Source: Octopus vulgaris (lineage: Eukaryota). From it: 64,000 bases of DNA. Positions 25,648-38,517 of this stretch are shown here, in pieces. The notes under the pieces were generated by a model that had not been told where the DNA came from, searched no databases, and saw only the letters and a program-made list of their open reading frames with translations. The DNA is taken from the NCBI GenBank assembly GCA_951406725.2, contig OX597826.1:72850001-72914000 (forward strand). Direction: 5' to 3'. Made by a program: the position numbers and the translations under genes. The stretch's first letter is position 1, and each line of letters begins with the position of its first letter.

Positions 25648-25972
25648 AGCTGATAAACAGAGATTGATAAAGTAAAATATGAACTGAAAATTTACCTACT
25701 TCAGTTGATATGATTAGCCAAAATCCTTGAATGCTGCCACATGGGGGCTTAGTTCAACGAATGAAACTGATAATAGTACAAGAATGCTTGTGAGTGTGTG
25801 TGCATGTATGTGGATATGTGTGTTTGTGTCAATGAGTACTTAATAATTTGTTTTACAGACCAATTCTGCATTAAGGCTTAGACAATGTTTGCTTGGACTG
25901 TAAGACCAGTTTGTGTAGATACACTGCACATACACATATACTCATATGAGTGTGTGCGTGTGCATGCGTGTA

Positions 25973-26011
<39 letters not shown>

Positions 26012-26170
26012 GGGTGTGTGTGATTGTGTATAGAAGAATATATTAATAAAAGGAATTCCAACCTTGTCTGATTTTTACGTTTTATTTACAATCTTATAAT
26101 GATATAATATAAGATAATATAATATAATAAAATAAACTAAAATAATAGAATGTTAAATGTTCATTCTGAT

Positions 26171-26215
26171 TGAACTAGTACTTTCATGCATTAAGTTCTG
26201 CAATCTTCAGGTTCA
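26171..26215 (-). ncRNA. Second copy of the 18744 hammerhead, within an inverted copy (about 26043-26252) of the same 210-bp element
   Basis: Reverse complement of 18744-18788 with one substitution, which falls in loop II. Confidence 0.75.
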
Positions 26216-26254
26216 TGTAGTAGTGGTGACAGTCATGCTTCACAATTTTTGACT

Positions 26255-26292
<38 letters not shown>

Positions 26293-26629
26293 ACATAAGA
26301 GACGACCATAATAGGACATCTGACTCACTAGAAAGAGTAGTTAAACTCCAAACCACTAATAGTTGTAATTCTGAAAGGGAAAGAGAAATAAAAATGTTTA
26401 CCCTATCTTTCCTGGACTATGCTAGTTTCGGCAATCTTTTGTAAATAAAATAAAATTATTTTACTTTACAATTGGCGTTGCCATCTTCAGCAGGAAGCCA
26501 AGGCTAACATATAGGCATGGGGCAATATGGACCATGCCTCGAGTCTATATGCTATAACTTTTCAAAATCCACCACGCACGTGCGGTTTTTCAGCAGTAAA
26601 TATAACTGCCGATTTATATCTATCTATCT

Positions 26630-28770
26630 ATCTATATATATATATATATATATATAAAACTGATAAAACTGAGAATGTGTGTCTGTCTGTGTGTTTCCCT
26701 AAAACTTGAGAACTACAAAAACAATTTCATTCAAATTTTACACATGCATTACTTAAGGTCCAGGGAGTGTCAACGGCAAAAAAAATCTTCACTTTTTCCC
26801 TAGGGCGACCCCACAGCAATATCATATCTTCTCCACTATTTCAGTATTACGTGTTAAAAATGAAACAAAAACATCTCTCTTTTGTAATGCAGACACTTTC
26901 ACTTTAATACTGAAACTATTAAAGTGAAAGTATTATATAACAGGGATGAACCATTAACAAGTGGTCATCCATTTTGCTAGAAGAAGATCCGCTATGGTCT
27001 TATATGTTATACCACTGGTTTTCAATTCATATTGATCAAATTAACATTCAATTTTTCACCCTTATTATGTGTGTGTGTGTGTGTATTAGCAATTCGTATA
27101 AAATTACATCAATGACTTGAACTTGAATATGTGGTTTCACATAAATGGGGATAAATGAAAAAAGGTTTGTTATTATTATTACTGTTTGACTATTGTAATC
27201 ACGTTTGTTGGTTCCTCGTCAGGGAAACGTTGTTGTGTTGCATTTGTTAAATAATTGTAAACCGTAACCCCTTTCGGAGAAGGAGCTTTGGTTATTGTTT
27301 AAAAATTGAATTGTGTCCCTGTTTGGGGAAATTGACAATATTTTCACCGTCTTTACAGAAGCATTTTTGTTAAAATGCCTTCAATAGAAGAAAGTCCAAA
27401 AATGAATTTCGCTGCAGCTGTACACTTCTATACAAGAGGGAGGACAAGATCCAATTGATTGAAATTGCAAGAGACGGGCCTACAATTCCAGTCTGTTATA
27501 TATTTTGAGTATTGTTATCACTAGCGATATCAAGATATAACTTTGTATTTTGTATTTTATGTGTAGGTGTATATATATAGATGTACATGTAATATGTACA
27601 CATATATATACACATATATACATGCATAATATATCTACCCATACACACATACGCACACACACACACACACACACACATACATAGGGGCAGGTGTGGCTGT
27701 GTGGTAACAAACTACGTTCCAAACACATGGTCCTGGGTTCAGTCCCATCGTGTGGTGACTTGGCATGTGTCTTCTGCTGTAGCCTCAGACCAACAAAAGC
27801 CTTCTCAGTGGATTTTGTACATATATACAGGCATACATACATATATATACATGCATACGTACATATTCGGCATAAACACTCTACCACTACAACTAATAAC
27901 TGTTGGGAACACTTTCAAACCTGCCTTACATTCAAACCGGAATCTCAACACCCGAGTTTTCCATCTGAAGTTAATCTCGCTCATGGAGCTCATACAAAAA
28001 AAAAGGGCAAATCTTTGGGCCCATACAATGTGACATGTACGCAATCGAATGGCAAAAAAGGGGCCTTCCACATGCTCATATCCTGCTTTGGCTCTCAGTG
28101 AAGATCAATTCCAATGACATTGACAACATAATCTCTGCAGAGCTTCCTGATCCAGCTTTAGATAAAGAACTATACGAAATAGTTAAAGCAAACATGGTAC
28201 ATGGTCCATGTGGGCATGGATTCAACATAAACTCACCATGCTTGAAGGGCAGCATATGTTCAAAAAGATTTCCAAAGAGGTTCCTACAAGAAACTCAGAC
28301 AGGTGCTGATGGGTATCCATCATACAGACGCAGAAAACCAGAAGACGGAGGTTTCACAGTAACTATCGGACAGCACGATATTGATAATAGATGGATTGTT
28401 CCATACTGCCCACTCCTGTCAAAGACTTTCAATGCCCACATCAACGTTGAATTTTGCAACTCCGTTAAATCCATCAAATATGCAAATATGTAAACAAGGG
28501 TTCTGATGCTGCAATGTTTGGACTTCAACAAGAATACTGCCAGGATGAGGTGACGCATTATCAGGTGGGATGGTGCATAAGTAGCAACAAGGCTTTCTGG
28601 CACATCTTTGGCTTTCCAATTCACCAATGACACCCCGCCATTCAACAGCTTTCAGTACACCTGGAAAAAGGTCAAAGAATGTACTTCACCGATGCTAATG
28701 CTTCTCTGTTGGCAGAGGAACCAAGGGATAGCACACTCACTGCATTCTTCAAGCTTTGTCAAGTGGATCC
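26630..28770 (+). mobile_element. Decayed Helitron: 5' end plus Rep (HUH endonuclease) coding fragment at about 27900-28770
   Basis: YAIEWQKRGLPHAHILLWL (HUH motif), MVHGPCG..SPC..CSKRFPK, YPSYRRR, IDNRWIVPYCPLLSKTFNAHINVE..SVKSIKY, then a frameshifted KYVNKGSD. A TCTATATATA...AAAA..GTCTGTCTGT start typical of Helitron 5' ends lies near 26630. The join between that start and the Rep fragment is inferred. Confidence 0.8.
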
Positions 28771-28774
28771 ATTC

Positions 28775-28960
28775 TATCTGTCTGTCTGTCTGTCTACCTA
28801 TCAATCTGTCTATCTATCAATCTGTCTATCTATCTGTCTATCTATCTACCTACCTACCTACCTACCTACCTACCTACCTACCTATCTATCTACCTACCTA
28901 CCTACCTACCTATCTATCTATCTATCTATCTATTTACCTGTCTGTATGTATCTATCTATG
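28775..28960. repeat. (TCTA/CCTA)n tetranucleotide microsatellite
   Basis: Seen directly. Confidence 0.95.
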
Positions 28961-31900
28961 TATGTGTGCATGTGTGTTTATATATATGTAGCCAGTTTAA
29001 AGAGGGAGAGGCACCTGCCACAGTCATCTCTTCAATAGCGTTGTATCTCAATTAAGCACTGGTTTTATGTATGGATATTTATATTTATGCCACAGTGAAT
29101 CCGCAACCCCCACCGATAACCAAATGTCCATGCATAAAATCCTGTGATTAATTATTTCAGCTTTTTCTAAACTGGACAAGAATCCTGTCTGCTTTAGGCA
29201 GTATTACCAGAAAATATGGCACCTTCACTATATCTACTAAGTAAACTAATGACCTGAGAATGAAGTACATTCAGTAAATCTAAGCCACACACTAAGAATT
29301 AGCATGTGATGTCAAGATAAGGACAGACACGCACACACACACATATAAACAAACACATGCATATACAGAAATATATAAATACATGTATGTATGTATGTAT
29401 CATCATCATCATCGTCATCACCACTACCATCACCACCACATTCATTTAATATCTGTTTTCCCATGCTGGCATGGGTCTGATGATTTGACTGGATTTAACA
29501 CCTCACAGAGCCGCACTCTGCTCCAATGTCTGATTTGACGTGGTTTCTCTATGGCTGGATGCCCTTTCCTAGCACCAGCCACTTTATAGATTCTACTGGG
29601 GCCTTTTCTTTTTGTGGGCCAGCCTGCAACTTTCAAGATCAAGGGCCAAAAGAAGCCCCTATAACTGGAGGAGAACAGTAGAGAGAAGGTGCAATGATTG
29701 TCAGTAGGCTGGTGAGAGAGAGAGAGAGAGTAAATTATGAAGAGAGGAATAGACTGACAGTTGTGAGAGGGTGGCAGTGGGGAGACACTATTTGAAGAAA
29801 GACTATGGGTGTAAAAGAGGATAGGAAAGGGCTTTGTGTCAGGGGTTTGTGAGAAAGGGAGGGTCAGAGTACTTGATGTGATAAAGGCTGTTGAGTAGGG
29901 CGTTCCCAGGTTAACCTATATTATAAGGGTAAGTATGAATGGAAAGTGTGAGGGATAGGGAACATGAAAGAGATGGAGACACTGAGGTATTGAGTAGAGG
30001 CATATGGCCTAGTGGTTCGGGTGTTGGACTAATGAGCATAAGATTGTGGTTTCACTTCCTGGACCAGGCAATGCATTGAGTTCTTGAGCAAAACACTTCA
30101 TTTCACTTTGCTCCAAATCCACTCAGCTGGCAAAAATGAGTGATCCTGCAACAGACCAGCACCCTGTTTAGGGGGTAAATATATATACACCATAGAAACT
30201 GAGAAGCCAGCCCTTGTGAGTCTATAGGGCTCAAGAAGGATGCTTTTGCCGAGGTATGGAGAGAATCATTGATGGAAAGGGAAGGCGGCTGTGGAAGTGG
30301 GCCAGAGATGGAGAAAGTGAAAGTGTATTGAGGTGATGGAGGAACTGTAGGGAGAGGATGGGGAAAGAAAATGAGGAAGAATAAGGGGGAACAGTAGGTA
30401 AGTGCAGTGTGAGCAGGGAGTGAAAGTGATATTGGAGGGCCCTATAGAGGTAGGGTGATGAGGGCAGTGTGGGAATACAGAGAAAGCATCCCAGACATGG
30501 AGGCTGATGGGAGAGGACAGTGAGAGAGAATGGTAAGTGGAGACAGGGAGAGCATGGTGTGAGAGAAAGAAAGGCTGGAGAACACCTAAGTGGGAAGGAA
30601 GAGAGGGTGAATAGAGCAAGAGCATCAAGGTAAGAAGCAGACAGGGAGCGGAAGCTGTCTTGGAGGTGAGAGGATGATGACAGATGAAAACAGTGAAAGC
30701 ATCCCAGGTATGGAGATTGAGGAGAAAGGACAGTTAAAGAGAGGTAGGGGAGGAGCAGTGGATGAATAACAGTAAGAGTCTGCCAGCTACCAACATTTCC
30801 TTGACTAATGTTTTCTCTGTCATGCTTGCTTGAAAGAACAGGATTTTCTCCGGTACAATAAGTCACCAAATTGCAATTGCTTGTTGCCTACCTTGTGAGG
30901 TTCAGCATCTTGAGATCATGTTTTCCACGGTCTTTCTCTTCCATAGTTACTTTCCATTTTCAGTGCTTGATACTTGGTGAGTTTTTTTTTTACTGTGTCT
31001 TGTCTCTGCGAAAAATTCATTCACAAAGCTTTTTGGTCAGTTGAGGACTAAAGTAAAATACATTTTGCTTGGTGGGTTGCTCGGTAGGCTCTAGAACCAT
31101 GTGCTTGGAATGGCTGTGTGGTAAGAAGCTTGCTTCTCAGCCACATGGTTCTAGGTTCAGTCCCACTCTGTGACACCTTGGGTAAGTGTCTTGATTGTGG
31201 TGCACCTGAGCACAGTATACAATAATTTCATCATCATTATCATTATTATTATTATTATAACTTCAGGCTGACCAAAGCCTTGTGAGTGGATTTGGTAGAG
31301 AAACTGAAAGAAGTCTCTTATATATGTAGTGTTAATCTAAATTTGGCTATGGTGGATCGAATCCACTTCATGCTTGCAAGATCCACTACATATATGTTTG
31401 TGTGTGTGTGGGTGCCACCTGGGCAACGTTGAGTATCACTAATGCTAGTATATTATAAAAATGGCTTGTACATTTAATCTTATCAGTTACTTATTTGGAT
31501 TAATTTTTCTTGTTCTTTTTCTTCTTCTTCCCACCCAGTTCTCTTTTAATATTAACACCATGTTTCATGCATATACACATACATACATAAATGCATGCAT
31601 ACTTACATATATATATATACATATATACTCAAGTATATGTGTAGGTATGTATTCTGATTTGTTCCCTAATCTATCTGGAGGGAGGGAGAAGGTATATGAT
31701 TCAGTTAAAGGTTAATCTGAAGTACTTGAGGTACAAAACTTATCAGGTTTGATTTATGCTTTATATTTACCTGCTCACCCCCACATCAATCTACCGCAAT
31801 TCACTGAGAGATGCCCTCCAGGCATGACCCGTAACTTCAAAACCAGAAGCAATATATGCTTTCCATCGGTAAGGTCTGGCCTGGGCCTGTTGTTGCTGTT

Positions 31901-31964
31901 GTCATTGTCACTGTGGTTTACTTAACAACAGATTCTGAATGTTGGATTTACATTTGTTGCAAAG

Positions 31965-32027
31965 AAAATATGAACGGAAAACAAAGAAAGAACGGCTTCT
32001 ATTCCCATTGAGTGTGTGCAAAATATA
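31965..32027 (+). CDS. C8orf89-like protein, candidate exon 2
   Basis: KYERKTKKERLLFPLSVCKI ending TA|GTAAGT (phase 2). The acceptor is tttgttgcaaag (phase 2). Alternatively translation starts at the in-frame ATG at 31939. Confidence 0.5.
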
Positions 32028-33484
32028 GTAAGTAGAGAAACCGGCTGGTAGATTTATTTTTTTCTGTTAGTCAATGGTGTGCTTCTTATGTACTAACTGA
32101 CCTCTGGTATATTTTGTGATAGCCCCTGGTATATCAATTATGGTGGAGGCACGTGGTTTAGTGGTTAGGGTGTCAGCACCATGATCGTAAGATTGTGGTT
32201 TTGATTCCTAGACCGGGCGATGCGTTGTGTTCTTGAGCAAAGCACTTCATTTCATGTTGCTCCAGTCCACTCAGCTGGCAAAACTGAGTAACGCTGTGAT
32301 GGACTGGCATCCCATCCAGCTGGGGAACACATACGCCATTGAAACTAGGAAACTGGGCCCCATGAGCCTGGCTAGGCCTTAAAAAAGGTGCATTTATTTT
32401 TATTTATTTATATCAATTATGCATTCACTGGTTTCTTTTCTGATAGCCAATGGTGAATGGTTATATATTCACTAAACTACTGGTATGAGGGAGTGCTGAA
32501 AAGCCTGGCTTAAAGTCCAACTTTCTGAGTTCTTTTAGAAAAACTGAAGGACTTCTGCAATAAGTGTGAGAATCTGAGAAGGGAATAAGTTGGTTAAAAC
32601 CATAATCAACAGATCTTCCTGTGTTTTCTTTTACCCAAAGCCAGGAAATTCTCAGCACCCCATCGTATATTTTGTGATGGTTACTGAGGTACTGGGTATG
32701 GTTATGTTATCACTGACCAATGGTTTACTTTGTGATAGCCACCAATGGGTTTGTTTTATATATACACTGACCAGAAATATATTTTGTTACAGCTACAGGT
32801 GGGTTGGTTTCCCCACCTATTTTTACGCATTACTACCTATCTCCCTTCATGTGTGTGTTACCATCTGTTGCCACGTTCTCCACTTCCTCCATAATCTACT
32901 CCTATTATCTTTACATTACCCCCCAAACTGACACATGCCATTACCCCCATCTCCATCTGTGTTCACCATTCATATGCTTTCAGTTCCGTCCTCAACTCCA
33001 CCGGCTGATATTCTCCTTTTACACACTCACAAACCTACCCACCTATTCACCCAGCCACCCTCGATTATCCCCTCCCCTTTCATCTCCATGGTGTGTCTTG
33101 ATCTCTCCCATACTTCCTCCCTTCCCTGCTGGGGTCACCATGCATATTCCATACAGCAAGTCCTCCTCTCACTGCACCTACCCACTGTTCCTCCACACTC
33201 TGCTGCATTTTCTTTCAGCATCCTCTCCCTACAGTTTCTCCATTACCTCAACACACCCTCATCTCTCCCACTCTTGCCCCCTCCCACCACCACCTGTTTT
33301 CATCAATGATTCTCTATATATATATATATATATATATACATATTATATAGAGGGCATTGCTATACATAAATGCCACATGCTAGGAGGGACTCTTAAAGTT
33401 AAAACTACCAAAATAAATAAACACATTGTATCGAATGCGAGGGAATGCAACTCTTGAAGCAAGCCATTTAAGAACAGAATTCAG

Positions 33485-33541
33485 CTGCAAATCATGATTT
33501 CATAATTAGTGCCGAAATGCAATTTTTAATCATCAGTGCAA
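33485..33541 (-). ncRNA. Minimal type I hammerhead motif inside an inverted-repeat cassette (33345-33765)
   Basis: Minus strand TTGCA-CTGATGA-T-TAA..TGC(ATTTCG)GCA..TTA-T-GAAA-TCATGA-TT-TGCAG: intact core, palindromic TCATGA, weak stem II. Confidence 0.6.
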
Positions 33542-33874
33542 GCATAATTCAAGATTTATAACGAATGAACAAAAATCAACATACCAGACGAACAACCAAT
33601 GTATCCAACGTAGCATATAGAAATGTTCACCCTTTATACATCTATGTAAATGGCGGGCTTTTTCGAATTGCATCTCGGTATGATGTGTTTATTTATTTTG
33701 GTAGTTTTTACTTTAAGAGTCCCTCCTAGCATGTGGCATTTATGTATAGTAATGCCCTCTATATAATATAAATAAATATATTTAAGAGAAAAAATTGGTG
33801 GATTTTTCTCTTATGAGATTTTTCACACTAACTACTTGATAAATTCTTATAAAGATTTTATCCTATTTTTAAAT

Positions 33875-33929
<55 letters not shown>

Positions 33930-34471
33930 GCACATCATTCAATGTCTGCCTTCCGTGCTGATATGTACATATCTATCCCCTGGACAGAACACTGGTCCAT
34001 CACAGGATGGACTTAGCTTTTCATCCTTTTGGGGTCAATAAAGTAAGTACCAGCTGAGTACTGGGGTTGATGCAATCAACTAGGTCTTTCCCTTGCAATT
34101 TCTGGCCTTGTGTCAAAATTTGCAACCATTATTATTATTATTATTATTATTAATAATAATAATGTGCCAATCTGGCAGAATTGTTAGCATGCTGGGTGAA
34201 TTGCTTAGAGGTTGACTTTACCATTCATCCTTTTGGGGTTGATAAATTAAGTACCAGTTGTGCTCTGGTGAGGGGTGGGTTCCACCAGAACTTAAATTCC
34301 TGTATCAGTTGTCTGTTATGATGGAGCTCCTACTATAATTTCATCAACAAATTCTGTCCCATGCAAGCATGGAAAAGTGGACACTAAACGATGATTATGA
34401 TCACACACAGATATGCATATAAGAACTAATTAGAGAATCCTAATTTGTTTTTTTTTTAATTGTCATTTCAG

Positions 34472-34650
34472 TGCAAACAACTTACAATCTGCCATTTCTT
34501 CATCTCCACTTTTCTCTTTGGCATCACTCGATGAGTCTCAGCAACTTCGAAACATTGACTATGGCAAGGATTCATCCGCGTTTCCAGTTTCAGACAGACA
34601 ACCATGGCACATCGACAGGATTAAACACAAAAACAATCGCAGGAGAACCG
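34472..34650 (+). CDS. C8orf89-like protein, exon 3
   Basis: Strong acceptor (T-run...tttcag) and open frame ANNLQSAISSSPLFSLASLDESQQLRNIDYGKD...RRRT, phase 2 to 1. The donor G|GTTCTT is weak. Confidence 0.6.
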
Positions 34651-36004
34651 GTTCTTTTACTATTTCTGTTTCTATTTCTCTGTTAGCATGCTGGCTGAAT
34701 TGCTTAGTGGTGTTTCATCTGTCTTCATGTTTTGAGTTCAAATTCCGCTGAGGTCGACTGTACAAATGTAAGGGTGAGAGATGTATAGATTGTTGAATTA
34801 TTGAACCTTAGGGAGAGGGCATAATCTATTGAAGTGAAGCACTCCAGGAGCAGAAGTAAACTTTGATTCTGATTAGATTTGAAATTACAACATAAAGAGG
34901 AAAAAGAAAAAGATAGATCATGCCCTCTACCTAGGGTTCAATAATTCAACAATCTATATATCTCTCACTCTTACATATGTACAGTTGACCTCAGCAAAAG
35001 ACAGATGAATCCCTGTTGAGATGATATTTTGCTGTGAAAGTGTAGGAGTTTGTTGTTTACAGGGAGTTGAACAATCAGTGAATCCTCTGTTGACAATCGA
35101 CAGCAAGATAAGCTGCCACGGATCATACGATCCCAAAGTGTGCACATATGTGACTAGGCACCACATGTGAACCTGTATTCTCACCAAAACTCTGAACATG
35201 GACTCTATACTTCTATAGTGAATGACGTCTGCACTGTTCAATGCACTTGCCCTCCCAGTGGGGCATTTGTTATCCATTACAGCCTTGACTGTGACCGATA
35301 GATTTGGTCAGCATTTGTGAGGGACATGGTGAACTCATTGGTCAGAGCTGGCTCAACTCACTCCAGGTGAATGCTGCCACAAATACAAGTACATGAGACC
35401 AAAGATTCATTTCCCTGACACCAACACAGTATAACCTCTGAAGTCAAGGCACATAACTTTCAAAGGGCTCAGTCCACTAAACTGTAAAGTAGGTATCACA
35501 AGGCAGCAACATTATCACTTGTCAATGCGATAATACACCAGTGTTGTAAGTGTACCAACTTAGCAAATGGAACAATCTTCTGATAACTGCCTGTAATTCG
35601 TTCGTGGGACCAGGCTTGCTTTCATTAATATATACATGGTTTCTGGTCAGCTGGTCATTCGTATCCATTGATGATGTTTAAACAAATAACTGAGTATTTT
35701 GAAATAGAGCCACTCCCTTCCAGGTTGACAGGTTTATTTCCTCATGAACCACTCAGCTGGCACAAATGAGTAATCCTGCAATGGACTGACATCATATCCA
35801 GGAGGAATATGTCACAGAAACTGGGAAACTGACCTTGTGAGTCTATGTGACTCAGGAAGGATCTTTATACTTTATCTTATCCAAGAAATAGCAGACAAAT
35901 CTGCCTCAAATCTCACCCTACACACACACACACACACAAATCCAGATTAGATAATGTAATGAGATGCATTATGCCTTCTAACATGATTCTGGTTCTCGTT
36001 ACAG

Positions 36005-36202
36005 TTAAATGTGAAGAAGAAGACAACAGTGGTAATTTCTTGATGGTATGGAACCGTTCCATACCTCTATGTGCCACAACCAGTTCTACCACTTCTACTA
36101 ACAATACTGTTTCATGCCACACCAATATAAACAACACTAACTGGAACTTCAGTCCCACGATAGAGTCATTACAACATTCAACCAACACCAATTCTCAGGC
36201 TG
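36005..36202 (+). CDS. C8orf89-like protein, exon 4
   Basis: ctcgttacag acceptor, open 198-nt S/T/N-rich frame (VKCEEEDNSG...NSQA), G|GTGAGA donor, phase 1-1. Confidence 0.65.
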
Positions 36203-37147
36203 GTGAGAGAACTTTCTTCTGTCACGGGTTTATAATGATGGCAATCGCTCTCTATATAATATACATACATGCATGTATACACAAGCATCCACACATATGT
36301 AAGATCATGGAGGCAAAGGCAAGAACGAGTACTTGATACCAAAGGGTTTATGGTGTTTATAATTCTTATTATTTAAATCAGTCAGCACCCAATATAACAT
36401 TTAGTGTTTTCTGCTAGTAGTGTATCTGTGCGAAATGGTGTGAATCCTTGTAAACACTCTCTACTGGCAGGAAACGCAAAGTATTGGATGGGGTGGTGAC
36501 TATAATTAAAAAGTAAGCATTGCAAATGCTGGAAGTAAACAATGGATCAGAATGAGTAATATCTATCTATCTATCTCTATACTTGTTTCAGTCATTTGAC
36601 TGCGGCCATGCTGGAGCACCGCCTTTAGTCGAGCAACTCGACCCCGGGACTTATTCTTTTTGTAAGCCCAGTACTTATTCTATTGGTCTCTTTTTGCCGA
36701 ACCGCTAAGTGACAGGGACGTAAACACAGCAGCATCGGTTGTCAAGCAATGCTAGGGGAACAAACACAGACACACAAACACATACATATATATGACAGGC
36801 TTCTTTCAGTTTCCGTCTGCCAAATCCACTCACAAGGCTTTGGTCGGCCCGGGGCTATAGCAGAAGACACTTGCCCAAGATGCCACGCAGTGGGACTGAA
36901 CCCGGAACCATGTGGTTGGTTAGCAAGCTACTTACCACACAGCCACTCCTGTGCCTATATATATTTTTTTTATATAAATAAGAGGCAGGCAACAGGTTGC
37001 TTAGCCACATACCGAAAAATTAGAAACAGCAGTCAAAGACTGTTTATTTCTATTTTCTACAAATGAAACTCCACATACGATGTATCCCTGTAATTCACAT
37101 ATGCAAAACAGAAGGAAGAAATAACGAAAGCAAAGTCTAAGGGTTAT

Positions 37148-37202
37148 TTACGAACGCGTTTCTAGATTAGGATTATAAACTCCATATCTTTCATCAGTGT
37201 AA
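37148..37202 (-). ncRNA. Minimal type I hammerhead motif
   Basis: Minus strand TTACA-CTGATGA-A-AGAT..GGA(GTTTATAA)TCC..ATCT-A-GAAA-CGCG-TT-CGTAA: intact core, palindromic CGCG loop 3, one mismatch at the base of stem I. Confidence 0.65.
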
Positions 37203-37734
37203 CTCTCCATTTAAATCTACCCGTAAATAATTGTTGGCTTTTTTAAAAACCATTAAAACTATTATTTACTCTTATTATATTATCTTTCTCTCTCTCTATA
37301 TATATATATACATACATACACACACAGATTACCAGTGTCGCCTTACTGGCACTTGTGCCCGTGGTACGTGAAAAACATTCGAGTGAGGTCGTTGCCAGTA
37401 CCGCCTGACTGGCCCCCATGCTGGTGGCACGTAAAAAGCACCCACTACACTCTTGGAGACAAAAAAGCCGAAAAAACAAAAACAGATTAGATAATGTAAT
37501 GAGATGCATTGTGCCTGAATAAAATATAAGATCATCATGATTGGAATATCTTTGATCATAGGTCTGCTGGCACAGGGCTGACCAGAGGCTAAACATCAAC
37601 CACCACCAGTGATGATACTAATAGTAGGACCAACACTGACAGATATGCTGATACACTACTAGCCCTGTTGAAGTAAAATTCATATCTTATGTTTCCCTTT
37701 CTGACCCACTCAATACCTTTTCCATCATTTTCAG

Positions 37735-37932
37735 ATAATGTTGACAAAGCGGTTGCCAATACTTCAATCTGCATACCAAGTCTTACAGATCGAAACGGGA
37801 AAACCTTCCAGGGACTACAGTCATCTGTTGCCCCGACAATGACCTTCCAAAAAGCACCATCACTTTGTAGTAAGCCCACTTACCCAACTGGTAGCGTTAG
37901 TTGGCCAGCAAGTCGGACTGTCAATAAAGAAG
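37735..37932 (+). CDS. C8orf89-like protein, exon 5
   Basis: Strong acceptor ccttttccatcattttcag, open 198-nt frame (DNVDKAVANTSICIPSL...TVNKE), AAG|GTAGGT donor, phase 1-1. Confidence 0.7.
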
Positions 37933-38476
37933 GTAGGTCTGTTTGATTGGTCTCCACTTCTTAAGTTCTGTGAGGAATCATTGGATGATGGGGGGAATTG
38001 AAGATCTGGGTTGGTCTTGAAGGAACAGTTATGGAATTGTTATATGTTGTTGTTGTTTAGGCTCAGGGTTACTATATTATTTAACATTTTTCCTTTTCAA
38101 AAAGAGTGTGATTTGAGGGAGATTTGACTGCTTTTTCTGGCAGGTCAGTGAATTATTTAGAGCAGTGGTTCTCAACCATTTTTTACCTATGGACCCCCTT
38201 TGATTCTTATTTTACTTGGATGGACCCTTATAGCCATTTGATGTTTAAAAAATCCCATTATATTTCTAGAATTAGATATTATTAGAAACTGTATTAAAAA
38301 AAAATTAAGATATTTAGTGTACTGTAAAAGTATAACAACTTGCTTACCAACCACATGGTTCTGGGTTCAGTCCCACTGCGTGGCACCTTGGGCAAATGTC
38401 TTCTGCTATAGCCTCAGGCCGACCAAAGCCTTGTGAGTGGATTTGGTAGATGGAAACTGAAAGAAGCCTGTTGTTG

Positions 38477-38517
<41 letters not shown>

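Noticed and set aside
30231-33457. Long L/S/P/H-rich ORFs (30231-30869 minus, 32804-33457 plus)
   Set aside because: A by-product of polypurine/polypyrimidine repeat composition.
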